Shown: in pieces, positions 11,571 to 25,338 of the stretch
How positions within the stretch are numbered: the first letter of the stretch is position 1
Layout of the letters: each line of letters begins with the position of its first letter
Source: Octopus bimaculoides
Taxonomy: Eukaryota
NCBI RefSeq assembly: GCF_001194135.2
Contig: NC_069007.1
Coordinates: 12,209,786-12,273,785, forward strand
Length of the DNA stretch: 64,000 nt
Direction: 5' to 3'
Notes under the pieces: model-generated
What the model saw: only the letters and a program-made list of their open reading frames with translations
The model's database searches: none
What the model was told of the DNA's origin: nothing
Program-made: the position numbers and the translations under genes

Positions 11571-12690
11571 TTCCAGTCCTCCATGTCAGCTAACTACAAC
11601 TTTAATCTTCATGCTCTCCAACGCTGTTGACTGTTCAACCAGATATCAAGCTGTTCCTGAAAAATGGGGACATAAAAAAAACATAAAATTTAACCCAACA
11701 CCCCAAAAGGATGACCTCAGCAGAATTTGAACTCAGATCATAAAGACGAACGACACATGTATAAGAATGAAAGAATATATATATATATAATGCTAAAATA
11801 TATTTTGCCAGCATTTCTTGAGGTTAAACAATATTTATCAGTCGATTTCCCGCCTCCTCAATAAATACTCAGTCATATAAAGACACAAGATAAGTTAATC
11901 ACCAATATTTGATACTCAATATAGTTTATCGCAATCAACTTTGCCAGTTTTCCTTTCTTTTTCCTTTCTTTTTCCTTTTCTTCCTCTTTCACTGCAAGTT
12001 ATTTGGATAATGTGTCTAAATCGCTTTTCTTGTTTTTTTCTGTTCTGTTAATAACCAATTAAACATTTTGAAGGCAAAAAATGGAAACAAACAAAACTTA
12101 TCTTTGAAGGCAGAAAAAAAAACAAAAAAAAAAATCAGAAATTTCATTTTCTTTTTTTTCTTTTGACTGCAAGAAATTTTGATAATAATAATTTTATTTT
12201 AGATTTTGTCTTTTTGTGTTTTGCTGTTGTTGTTGTTGATGTGGTTGTTTAGCCCTGGGCCATTCCTCATCAAACAGATCCATGACCTATGATCAGGTGC
12301 CATCCAGTCACAACCATCCAATCTTGTTTTTCTATGTGTAGCAAACTTAGAGAGCACCACATGATCCAGTAGGACCCTTTTGTAAGATGGAATGGGGATA
12401 GAGGTGATTTGGGGATCAGTGGTTACATGAAAACCAGGACTGATGGGACTAATTGTCTTGTAGTGCAATGTTAAGGCATTGGAGCAAGGTTTGCCCTTCT
12501 CTCTCACTCTATGACTCTGTTCAACTGTCCAACCCATGCCAGCATAGAAAGCACTATAAAACACACACACACACATACATAATGGTTGCAATCTCGTGTT
12601 CGAGTGTTGCCATCGTCAGATCGAAAGTCCTACTCATGCGAAGGCTACGGCCAGCCTTACTTTTCTCTTTTTTTTCAAGCAATGCCTGTA

Positions 12691-12870
12691 CATGATAATT
12701 TTTTATAATGGGAAAGGATTTGCACAAGTATAAGAACCCACAATATGGTAGAAGCCATAGCCACTCGTAATAAAAAGGAATATTGATGGAATGTACCAGT
12801 GAAGATCTCAATAAAATGTATGCACAACAGACCTGATATAATGATTTGGGATAGAGAAGAGAAACTGTGC
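12691..12870 (+). pseudogene. Fragment of a restriction-like endonuclease (RLE) domain from an R4/Dong/NeSL-type non-LTR retrotransposon
   Basis: One frame with two stops: HDNFL*WERICTSIRTHNMVEAIATRNKKEY*WNVPVKISIKCMHNRPDIMIWDREEKLC. HNRPDI at 12823-12840 is the RLE PD motif. Confidence 0.75.
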
Positions 12871-13118
12871 GTTCTCCTCCTCTCCACAATCATCATCCGA
12901 CGAAGCGACAATCCTACGCGCCCTTGCTCTTCCAGTCAGCTCCCAAGTTCTGGTCAGCTCCCCAGCTGCTGATGTCATCTCACAACACCATCACCAGTGC
13001 TTTTTACATGGCACCGGTATGTATTAAGTGGCACTGGCTCCAGTGCTTTTTATGTGGCACCGGCGCTGAGGCAAAGACTATAAATGGTACAGTAGAAAAG
13101 TTGTCAACACAAGATCAT

Positions 13119-13154
<36 letters not shown>

Positions 13155-13439
13155 GGATGGTGGTGGGGTGAGAATTAAGTAAATAATCTATCAGAGAGAT
13201 ATGATTATCAGATAAATCAATCTAAGATAATTGATTATGCTTCAGAAGACAGCAAGTCCAGGAGCTTAACCTTCGCTGGAATATATCTTTAATGAGTGCA
13301 TTTTTGCAGACATACACATATATGTAAGTATATACACACTCATTCATTGTATATATGTATAGGTATATTTGCATATCTACAAATGTATACATATATACAT
13401 ATACACCGTGTATGTATCATATTTAATGTATGTATTTAG

Positions 13440-13484
<45 letters not shown>

Positions 13485-13494
13485 NNNNNNNNNN

Positions 13495-13534
<40 letters not shown>

Positions 13535-13738
13535 ATAGCCATCTGTGTATCATACTAAATGTGCATATATACATGTGTGTGTGTGTGTATGAAAATATAT
13601 ACTTACACACACACACACACATGTGTTTATATTTAGTTTCTTATCAGATAAAGACTACCCTCAATGAATAACTGCCTTGATTACAAAAATGATATTCTTT
13701 GTGATGTTTGTGTGTTTTGCCTAATTACAGTGTGTGTG

Positions 13739-13775
<37 letters not shown>

Positions 13776-14596
13776 TATATAATATATATATATTATATAT
13801 ATATAACATATAATATATACACACGCACACATATATATAATAGGCACTTGATCATCATTTGCTACAATCTATGTGTGTGTGCATTTGTGAGTGTATGTTA
13901 TATATATATGCATGTGTATATATTATATGTATGNNNNNNNNNNNNNNNNNNNNNNNNNNNNNNNNNNNNNNNNNNNNNNNNNNNNNNNNNNNNNNNNNNN
14001 NNNNNNNNNNNNNNNNNNNNNNNNNNNNNNNNNNNNNNNNNNNNNNNNNNNNNNNNNNNNNNNNNNNNNNNNNNNNNNNNNNNNNNNNNNNNNNNNNNNN
14101 NNNNNNNNNNNNNNNNNNNNNNNNNNNNNNNNNNNNNNNNNNNNNNNNNNNNNNNNNNNNNNNNNNNNNNNNNNNNNNNNNNNNNNNNNNNNNNNNNNNN
14201 NNNNNNNNNNNNNNNNNNNNNNNNNNNNNNNNNNNNNNNNNNNNNNATATATATATACACATACATATATATATCTTTATATATATTATGTGTGTGTGTA
14301 TGTATATGAAGAGAGAGAGAAAAATGTTTGTATATACTCAATTAAGTCTTAGACTAATCATAAATAATGGTAACAATGTTATTGTTGTCGTCCATCTAAC
14401 TACAAATCAGCCTTAGTGAAGCTAACCTTTGACCAAAGGTCTTCCTGCTCTGACCATCCAATCTTCTTTTTTCTAAACATAGTATATCTATGACTGTGTT
14501 AATCTACCTTTCTTTTTTAAGTTAGTGGTGAATAGTTGGAAGGAGACTTTGCTGTTGTTTCTAGCAAGCCTAGTGACTGCATTGAGACTTTAAAAT

Positions 14597-14832
14597 TAGT
14601 GGTCCTCAACCAGGGTCCATAAAATATTTTGTTGTATATGGTCAATAAATTGGTTATGCTTTTATGATACACAGAATATTTTAACAAATTTTTAATACTA
14701 TTTCTAATAATATTTAGCTATAAAGAAAATTAACAGGATTTTTAAAACATCAAATGGCTATGGGGATCCATTCAACTAAAATTAAGATCAAAAGGGGTCT
14801 ATAGTTAAAAAAAAACCGGTTGAAAATCACTG
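14597..14832. mobile_element. hAT (Charlie-like) MITE
   Basis: TIRs are TAGTGGTCCTCAACC and GGTTGAAAATCACTG (Charlie-type CAGTGGTTCTCAACC). Flanks are CTTTAAAAT and CTTTAAAT, an 8-bp TSD with one slipped A. Confidence 0.75.
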
Positions 14833-15044
14833 CTTTAAATGGTACAGATCAATGCTAGGAATTCTGTTCCAGATATGGTTTCGACTCCTAATCTCTTCTG
14901 GCATTCACAGATAGGTGAGTTTGACAGGGGTGCTGGAAAGACATTGACAGGTAAGGAGGGAACACTGAAGGAAAGTTTTACCAATGCCTTAGTTAGGTGG
15001 ATGGTGATGCTGTGCTTGTGATCTTTGTGGACCTTCTAGAACTA

Positions 15045-15480
15045 CCCTGTAACTGGATAACTTTCTGGTGACTTCTCTCTCCTTTCAATGTCATGCCTGT
15101 ACCTTGTTTCAGCTGAGCAAGTGATGGGGAATCTCCTCGTGTTATTTTTGATGGCATAATGGAAGGGTAGCAGTCATCCTTCATTTTAGGATCCCTGTAA
15201 CATATTATAGAAAGGGTTGCATCTTTGACTCATTGTAAGAGCTCTATGACTGATGGGAGAAAGGGCAGCTCCCTTAATTTTTCATAGCTTTCTTGACAGG
15301 TGGCAAGATCTTCACCACTAAGATGCTTTACAGGGTCCCTGTGACTGGTTGAAGAAAGGGAACTTTTTAGGTCCTCTGTGACTCGTTGGAGAAAGGGCAC
15401 TTTTTTGGCCCTCTGTGACTGGAGGAAGTAGGGCAATGCTCATGTCTACTTTCAGAGTGTCTGTAACTGGTGAAAAGAGG
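15045..15480. repeat. Degenerate minisatellite-like motif, ~37-bp period
   Basis: A motif like CTCTGTGACTGGnnGGAGAAAGGG starts at about 15193, 15242, 15337, 15374 and 15411, with partial copies at 15045 and 15460. Confidence 0.7.
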
Positions 15481-16851
15481 TAAAGACTCACTGTATTTTC
15501 TTTTGTGTAAGTTGTCCTATTTTATTCTGGGTTTTAACTGAAAAACTGAAGTGTGACACACATGGGACAATGGTAAAACTTGGAAGAGAAAAAGTTTCAT
15601 ACCTGGATTTGACACTAAATTAGGAGTGTGACATGTACATGAGTAAGTATGAGAGTTTCAGTTTGCGGATTGGTAAAATCATAAAAGCATCAAACAAGAC
15701 CCCTTGTTGTGTAAACTCTGACAACTTGCATTCACCATTCAAATTCTTGTTCTTGCTGCTGGCTTCCTCATGGTAGAAGCTTGAAATGGGGCTTTTGAGC
15801 TCCAGTTCATGGTGATTGGCCATCAGTATCAGCCAGGGACGCAGTGACTTGTGCAACTTCAGTGCAAATGTAGGCTCTGCAGTAGACACAGGGTAAACTC
15901 TGACAGGAAAAGACTTTATCAGAAGAAGGGTAGTATCTATTGGCCCCCTTTTCAAGGGCTCTATGATTAGTAGAATAAGGTTATTGTTGGACTGGAACCC
16001 TGGCCCCATATGCTTAGAATAGGGAGTAGACTATCTAAAGGTACCTGAGAGCCAGTAGGTTGTGTTAAATGAAGTGAGGGGTTTGCCATCCAAGTTCACA
16101 GATGCAGATATAAAGGGTCTCCTGATTAAAACAATATGTTGTTGTTGTTAATGTTGCAATTGTTATTGTTGTTGCTGTTTTAGTACTAGTTGTTGATGCC
16201 TGTATTTTTGTTGTTGTTATTTAAACACAGGTCAGTGCTGACTGACCACAGACATGAACCACTCTTATCAATATCACCATTTTCCAAGTATTTTGTTTCA
16301 CAAATATTAACAGTTTTATTTAACCTTGCTTGTTGATTTCAGATGTTAAACCCTCCCTGAGGGAATTTTTGAATCCTAACTGCATGGATAGACTCATTTA
16401 ATCAAAGTTCTTTAACTCAGTATATTACAAATGCAAGAAAACTCCTATCTACCATTATCAGAGACATGGTTTTTCTAGGGCCAGAATATCTAATGTGTTT
16501 CTACCCTTATTCTCAACAATAGGGTGTGATTTAAGGAAGATTTGGATGCTATTTCTTGCAAGTTTGGTAACCATGTGGAAGCTTCCGCATTGGTTGAACC
16601 ATTGTAGCTATTAACCAATCGTATTTTGTTATTATATGGAGTAGGCGGGTGAGGCAAGAGTAGGGAGGTGACTAATGCAAGATAGAATTTAGGCAGAGTC
16701 AAATAAGGACAGAGAACTGAGACCCACCACTCAGTATGTTACTGGTATTTTATTTGCTGGTCCTCAGAGAGCAAAATAAATTTGTAAAGGTATTTATTCA
16801 ATGTTCTGCCGCTTCTGTCACCTTATAAACTTTGTTTCTCTCTCTCTCTCC

Positions 16852-16897
<46 letters not shown>

Positions 16898-17169
16898 ATA
16901 TAGGTGTATATGCAATAGATGCAATATTATGAAAATGCATTCAGAATGGTCAGTGTCGCGTGTCGCAATGCGGTTGAACACACCAATATTCTGCTGAAGC
17001 AGTTTAACGAGGTCTTCGAGTGGCATGAAGGATCAGGTGACCTTTGAGAAGAGTTTTACGTATCACTTCAACGAAAAAAGCTCTCAATAACCATATAGAC
17101 ACACACACACATACATGTATATGCACACTTGTGCACACCCACCCACATACATATGTATATGTGTATATG

Positions 17170-17212
<43 letters not shown>

Positions 17213-18296
17213 GTGTGTATATATGTATGTATATGTGTGTGTATGTATGCATATATACGTGTGTGTGTGTGCATGGTTGCTTCATTGTTTATTCGTTCAC
17301 TCACTTTATTCTTGTATTTCCATGCTAGTATGGATAAGACAGCCTTGCATTATTCAAGCATTATTTTACAGCTGGATGCCTCTCCTGTCACTAACCCCTA
17401 CCAATTTTCCAATCAAGAGATCTCATATTTCATTCATTTTTTATGGTTAACAGAGCAAATGATAGCAACATCACCACCTGTGACTCAGCAATTATCAGAG
17501 AGTATAAACGTGGATCATCTTACCAACATTATAGGCCTCTTGGCAAATCAATACAGTGGGCCCTAGGGGATTTATTTGTTGACAGTAAACCACAGCATGG
17601 ATTAGAATTGGGCCCCTAGATCTGTGGAGCCTCTGGGCAACTGTACTTTAAGATAACACTGGTGTAAAAACATACACACACAAATACATACATACATATA
17701 TATAATAGTGTATAAGAGTTTATACATGGAGAGAAGACCACCATGTGGTTTCCTTAGATTGTAGAGAGGGCAGTCAAAACACAAACCACGAAAGAGATAT
17801 TCTTACTTTGCACATTGCTTGTAGGAGACTTGAATGAATAAAAATCTCAGTTAACCCTATACCCATGAGTTTCACCATTAAATATCAAATAAATCAATTG
17901 ATTAATTAACCATCTGTGGCTCGTCAGTAAGGTCACTGGAAAATGCATTATTATGAAACTATAATACATACCATAAACACGTGCGCACTCAAGTTGCATC
18001 TTTATACATCAAGAATTCAAATCGAATTCCCCCAATCAGTGTGCAGAGTCAGAATAGTACAGCAGTGAATAAATTCACCATATATTATCCAACCGAAGAA
18101 TTTAAATATTTAACTATATAAGAATTTTTTACCCTGTATTTATATAGTTATTTATATGTATATATATATATTAATAAGGGTAGAAATTGATATTAATCAA
18201 TTAAAACTAAAGATTAAAATTATATTACATACAAAAATAAGAGGAATGACCAGCAAAAGTGGACTCCTATATATATTATACTTGTTGTTTATACAC

Positions 18297-18350
<54 letters not shown>

Positions 18351-18412
18351 NNNNNNNNNNNNNNNNNNNNNNNNNNNNNNNNNNNNNNNNNNNNNNNNNN
18401 NNNNNNNNNNNN

Positions 18413-18465
<53 letters not shown>

Positions 18466-18604
18466 CAGATATGAGATATCAAGTTGATCCCTCTTATAGC
18501 AACTCTCTACCCTGTGAAATCGATCCCCTGTAAAAACTTTGGAGTCTAAGCTTGAGTCTTTTTGAGTACTAGTAGGGTTCTTCTATACGGAGAATCTCTG
18601 TAGA

Positions 18605-18765
18605 CCAAGTTGTGTTGGCCCCTTTGCTTTTCCCTTGGATAGCATCAGTGGCATGGAGAAGGGAGGCTGTTATGCATGGATGACTGCTGGTCTTCCATAA
18701 ACAACCTTGCCCAGACTTGTACCTCAGAGGGCAACTTTCTAGGTGCAATCCCATGGTCATTCGGA
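18605..18765 (+). mobile_element. SINE family C, 3' part
   Basis: GGCCCCTTTGCTTTTCCCTTGGAT...CTGCTGGTCTTCCATAAACAACCTTGCCCAGACTTGTACCTCAGAGGG...CCCATGGTCATTC is the reverse complement of the tail at 40878 and 45250. Confidence 0.8.
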
Positions 18766-20526
18766 GTTTTAGCAAGTCATGTGACTGGAGAAGGATTTAT
18801 CTCATTGGCTCAAGTATCAACTAGTCATGTGACAGGAAAAATTCTATGGTAGACTTTTGTTGTATCAAGATGGTGTCATTTACATAAAAGTTTTTGTAAG
18901 TTGGGCTATATTAACAGATAACATGACAGATGTAGTGCAGCTTTCCCATTGGCTATCTGCTACAATAAGTTCCTTCTCCCTAAGTGTCCCCTCCCCTCAC
19001 ATATATACCTCCCTGAAAAAATGGCAGCTAACAGATTTAACAGAAGAGAAATGAAAAATACCAGAAGTGTCCTTCCTTGTCTGTTTAACTCTCTTTTGGA
19101 AGGAATTGGTTGTTGCCAGACCCAGGGTGGGATAGGTTCTGCCAGGTGTAAAACTATCCAAGACACTCTATAAGTCTCTCTACCCCCCCCCCCACACACA
19201 CACCCATGATTCCATTAAGAAGTTGGGAACCCAATACAAGGTGATATATCTGTTTATAACTTTCCCTAACATCAGCACAGAATGTAGACATTTACAAAGA
19301 AATTGGGGCCCTTCAAATGACAGCCACCAAATCACTGTAACTCCCTTGTCATTGTTGCTATCAGAAATATATTGAATCTGAAATGAGCCACTTTGAAAAC
19401 CTCTGAATTACGACATCATCAATATGGAATAAAACAGTTTTCTATTAGCAATAAAACCCCTCCCCACTATTCAGATAACCTGTCATTGGTTACATTACTA
19501 GCTTTCTATAAATGTACTAATTAAATGTTATTAATTATAATATCATGACGAAGTGAGATGAAAGTAGATAGTGACGTGGGTGGAGATATGGCTGGTTGTG
19601 ATTATCGTTGTGGTTTGGGCTGGGCCAACATTGATATTGCTGTCCAATGATCAAAGGCATTCCAAGTATGACCATCCAACCTTTTTCCAGCTACAATACA
19701 CCCAGGAATGAATATATTGTACCATGTGTCTTTCTCACCAAGATGCTTGTGTTGAATTTGAGGGAGATTTGGCTACTGTTTCTAGTACAGTTCAGTGATC
19801 ATATAAAAACCCACTCATTTGTTCCAATGATGAGTGGGTAAGTGGGTACATTAGTTGGTAGACCCTGTGTGTGTGTGTGTGTGTGTGTGTGTGAGTTAGA
19901 CAGATACTCCAGTTGAAAGATAACCACTTGCATGGATAAATATATACTTCTGATGGGTAGCTGGGTACTTGGTGGATGGCTGGAATGTTTGACTGAGGAT
20001 TGATAGACAGGTAGATAGGTATGTGCAGGGGTAGGCAGGTGCATAAATGGATTAAATAGATGACTAGCAGACATAGAGATGATATATATAAAAGAGATTA
20101 ATAAAGGATATATACATATCTCAGCACACACACATATATATATATACATACACACATGTACCCACATATATATGAACATAAATATACATACATACATATA
20201 TGTGCACACATATAGAGAGAAAAAACAGGTGGATAGTTGTACTAAGCGCCTGGCCAAGCATTAGTGTGAGACCTGGGTAACTTGATAGGTAGGTAGACCA
20301 GCTGACAAATCAATAAATAGATTACTTTAGTTGATTGATTGGCAGATAATAGATCCTAGTGACTGATTGATTTCTGCACACACACACATGTACACACTCA
20401 CCTGCATATATTCATACATGCACACATCTGAAAAATATGTGAGCATGTATGCGAGTGAGTATACAGCTATGCTGACAAACAGGTGTGTATACTTATATAC
20501 AGAAGTATGCTTGTGTGTATCTAAAG

Positions 20527-20602
<76 letters not shown>

Positions 20603-20996
20603 TGTACTGTGGTTTGTGCCTGATGATTATATGTTTGTGGTATTTCTCAACATATGAAACTATTAGTTACACATACAAACATGTATTGTGTCTATTAAAT
20701 TATATATATATATATATATATACACACAATACATCTATACACCACCATATTATATATAGATGAAACAAAACCTACACACAAACACACACACTCTCACACA
20801 CACACATACATACAAGCATACATATATATATGTGTGTGTATGTATGTGCGTGTGTGTATATATACATATACACACACACACATACATACACATGCATTTA
20901 CATAGATACAGATGTATAGATATACATACAAAGAGTGAGATGGAGCAAGCAGATAGGCTCATAGACTGATAGTAATACAGATATATATGTCTATAC

Positions 20997-21071
<75 letters not shown>

Positions 21072-21643
21072 NNNNNNNNNNNNNNNNNNNNNNNNNNNNN
21101 NNNNNNNNNNNNNNNNNNNNNNNNNNNNNNNNNNNNNNNNNNNNNNNNNNNNNNNNNNNNNNNNNNNNNNNNNNNNNNNNNNNNNNNNNNNNNNNNNNNN
21201 NNNNNNNNNNNNNNNNNNNNNNNNNNNNNNNNNNNNNNNNNNNNNNNNNNNNNNNNNNNNNNNNNNNNNNNNNNNNNNNNNNNNNNNNNNNNNNNNNNNN
21301 NNNNNNNNNNNNNNNNNNNNNNNNNNNNNNNNNNNNNNNNNNNNNNNNNNNNNNNNNNNNNNNNNNNNNNNNNNNNNNNNNNNNNNNNNNNNNNNNNNNN
21401 NNNNNNNNNNNNNNNNNNNNNNNNNNNNNNNNNNNNNNNNNNNNNNNNNNNNNNNNNNNNNNNNNNNNNNNNNNNNNNNNNNNNNNNNNNNNNNNNNNNN
21501 NNNNNNNNNNNNNNNNNNNNNNNNNNNNNNNNNNNNNNNNNNNNNNNNNNNNNNNNNNNNNNNNNNNNNNNNNNNNNNNNNAGATAATTATGATGGTGGC
21601 GGTGGTGGTGGTGGTGGTGGTGAATTTGGTTGTATTACTGTTG

Positions 21644-21677
<34 letters not shown>

Positions 21678-22489
21678 CATTATTATTATTATTATTATTA
21701 TCATTATTATTATTATTAGCATTAGTACTATTAGTGGTGGTGATTATAAGTAGTAGTAGTAGTAGTCGCTGTGGTGGTAGCAAAACTGGTAGTGGTGGTG
21801 GAAGGAATAGTAGTATTGGTACTGGTACTAACTGTGGTTGCAGAGATGACAGTAGTTGTGGTGGGGGTGTAATTATGTAAGACTAACAACATTACAATGG
21901 TTGCAGGAGAGTGAAAGTGAAAGTGAGTGGGAGGAGGAGGAGGAAGATGGTGGGTGGGGGAGGTGATGCTCTGCTCTGAGCTTTGATAAGATGGCAGCAT
22001 CACTGCTATCATCAGCAGCAGCAGCAAAATCATCGATCACAATCATTTTAATCATCATCATCATTATCATCGTCATTACCCCCCAATCACCACCACCACC
22101 ATCATCATCATCATTATTATTTTATTATCCTTAAGTCTGTTACTGTCACCCACTTTCTACTTATCAATTTCACTTTCTGTAATTCTGTGTACGTGTGTGT
22201 GTGTGCATGCAAATGTGTGCATGCCTGTATGCAAACATATATATATATGTATGTATGCATATATATATTGTGTGTCTGTGTATGTGTATAAATATGCATA
22301 TAAATATATATGTATATGGACATGTGTGTATATATATGTGTATGTATACATATATCTTTACATATATATATTTGTGTGTGCAACATGTACATGTATCTGC
22401 TAATGAATGTATGTGTGTATTTATATATCTATCACACATATATACATACAAAAACATACACACACACACACAAATATATATCTCTTTTA

Positions 22490-22885
22490 CGCTTTTACTT
22501 GTTTCAGTCATTTGACTGCAGCCATGCTGGAGCACCGCCTTTTAGTCGAGCAAATCGACCCCAGGACTTATTCTTTGTAAGCCTAGTACTTATTCTATTG
22601 GTCTCGTTTGCCGAACCGCTAGTTTACAGGGACATAAACACACCAGCATCAGTTGTCAAGTGATGGTGGGGGGATGGCAAATACAGACACACAAACACAC
22701 ACACACACACACATTATACATATATACGACGGGCTTCTTTCAGTTTCTGTCCACGAAATCCACTCTGAAGGCTTTGGTCGGCCCGAGGCTGTAGTAGAAG
22801 AAACTTGCCCAAGGTGCCACGCAGTGGGACTGAACCCGGAGCCATGTGGTTGGTAAGCAAGCTACTTACCACACAGCCACTCCTA
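22490..22885 (-). mobile_element. SINE family B, full length and little diverged
   Basis: Minus strand has head GGAGTGGCTGTGTGGTAAGTAGCTTGCTTACCAACC, GGTTCAGTCCC, CACCTTGGGCAAG, internal (TA)(TG) repeat and tail GACTGAAACAAGTAAAAG. CpGs are retained. Confidence 0.9.
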
Positions 22886-23654
22886 CTTGTATATATATTT
22901 ATATACATAAAACTTATCCAATATATTTTTGCAGATCAAGACAAAGCTCAGTTACAGGAATGTGACCCAGGGGGGAAAGCACACAGTCAAATATACAAAG
23001 AAACTCTTAAACCATTCAAAGTAATGATAGGGCTAAGGGTTTGACTTGTCTTTTTACTGAATTTTTTTTCATCTCTAGGTTTCGTTCTGGTTATTTTTCC
23101 AACATCTCTGGGATTTGTAAATCAGTTATGATGTTTTCAGATCTCCAATAGAACAGAACCCAAGCTATACTGCTTCATTCAGTCATATCTGACAACTGTT
23201 AAATTGCCTTTTCACATTTGGAAAATTCTTTAACATGAAACCATCCGGTAACATGAATTGGCTGTTATAAGACTAAATTTATAATACTGTATAAACAACA
23301 CGCAAACACGCAGATAAATATGATGCGTGTACGTGTGTGTGCGTGTGTATGCATGTATATATATATATATATATATATGCGTGTGCATGTGTGTATATGT
23401 TGGGCTTCCATACATTTTCCATCTATTAAATCCATCTCACTACTAGACATTGTTATATTCTACATTACAACTCTCTGAAATTCAATATTCTATGATATAT
23501 TAAGTCTCCTATGTCCTATTACATTTTCATTCTCACAAAGCTATTTCACTGATAGTTGAACACAAACTATATTCTCGCTACATTTAGGAAATATTTATCA
23601 ACATCATCATCATCATCACCATCATCTTCATAACTACCTCTACTAATGCTACTA

Positions 23655-23660
23655 CTGCTG

Positions 23661-23704
<44 letters not shown>

Positions 23705-23752
23705 GTGATTATTATTATTATTATTATTATTATTGTGATTATTATTATTATG

Positions 23753-23803
<51 letters not shown>

Positions 23804-23825
23804 GTTATTATTATTATTATTGTGG
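23655..23825. repeat. (ATT)n microsatellite, representative of many
   Basis: Direct reading. Similar tracts lie at 6655-6730, 8185-8240 and 21640-21720. Confidence 0.95.
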
Positions 23826-24383
23826 TGGAGCAGAGTATTGAAGCAACTGTGTTGTTCATTTGAAATGCTGAACAAAGGTGGAGAGAAAGATAGCAAGAGG
23901 AAAGGAGTACAACAACATTAGAGAGTCCATTAATTAATTATATTACATTCAAGCAGTGTATTTTTCTATTATAAAGGCTCCTCTCTGAGTTTTAAATGCG
24001 AAAATTAGATAATGGAGTTATTTGATGTGAAGTTTTACTCTCAAACAGACATTATCTAAAATACACGACATTTCTACAGTTCTTTATGATAGGTTTGGGT
24101 TCCTGTTTATGGAATCTACAATGACTATCTGTGATGTGAGGATTTCCTTCATCTCCTCCCTTAAGGCCCTCAAATGAAGGGCACAAATCTGTGTAGAGAT
24201 TTAGATTTGTGTGTAAGGCCGGGAGCCATGGGGCTATGTTTTGGAAAACATATATTACTTAATGTTTATATGTATATGTGTGTTTGAGTGCATATATATA
24301 TGTGCACGTGTGTGTGTATATATATATATACACACACACACACACATCTATGTAATCAATATCTATCTATACACACCCATATA

Positions 24384-24433
<50 letters not shown>

Positions 24434-24532
24434 NNNNNNNNNNNNNNNNNNNNNNNNNNNNNNNNNNNNNNNNNNNNNNNNNNNNNNNNNNNNNNNNNNN
24501 ATATATATATATATATATACATATATATACAC

Positions 24533-24573
<41 letters not shown>

Positions 24574-24744
24574 TTATACATATATATATATATGCATTTA
24601 TATATGCATATATATATGTGTATATATATATATGCGTGTGTATATGTATGTATGTGTATGTGTGCATACATGCAAGCACACACACATATATTTCTATGTA
24701 TATGTATATATATACATACATCTATGTGTATGTATATATGTATT

Positions 24745-24802
<58 letters not shown>

Positions 24803-25338
24803 TATATACACATAAATACACACACACATATGTATCTATATATTTATGTGTGCATGTATGTATGTATATATATATATATATACATACATACATACATACA
24901 TACATACATGCATACATAGTGAGAGAGAGAAATGGATTGGACAGAGATGAAAATGGAGATCTAAATGTTCCATGTCCAATGAAGCAGTGAAATAATCATA
25001 ATAATAATAATAACAATAATGATGATGATGATGATGATGATATTTGACAGCACTCATTGCCACTGATAATGGCTGAATTGTTGAAATGAAATTTGGTTCA
25101 TTTTCATGGTCACGTGATTGCTGAGCAATTATTCCAGCTATTTATTAATCATTAGGCAAGTCTATCTTTCAGCACACAAGCAGGGACTTCTGTATGTGTT
25201 GGCACTTTAAGATAAAGGGTATAATTTCTTGTTTGGGGGCTGGAGTTGTAATGGAATACAATAGGATTAATTGCACAAAACGTTCTGGTTCAAATGTCTA
25301 ATGGTGTTTTGTCTATTAAGGACAAACTTGGGTTTTGT

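Noticed and set aside
15190-15435. Regularly spaced repeats as a possible CRISPR-like array (also 57773-58050)
   Set aside because: The repeats are degenerate, the spacers are not unique in the CRISPR sense, the context is eukaryotic and there are no cas genes.
16490-16702. KIRLVN motif suggesting an SRCR domain
   Set aside because: It lacks the GRVEV and Cys pattern of SRCR domains.
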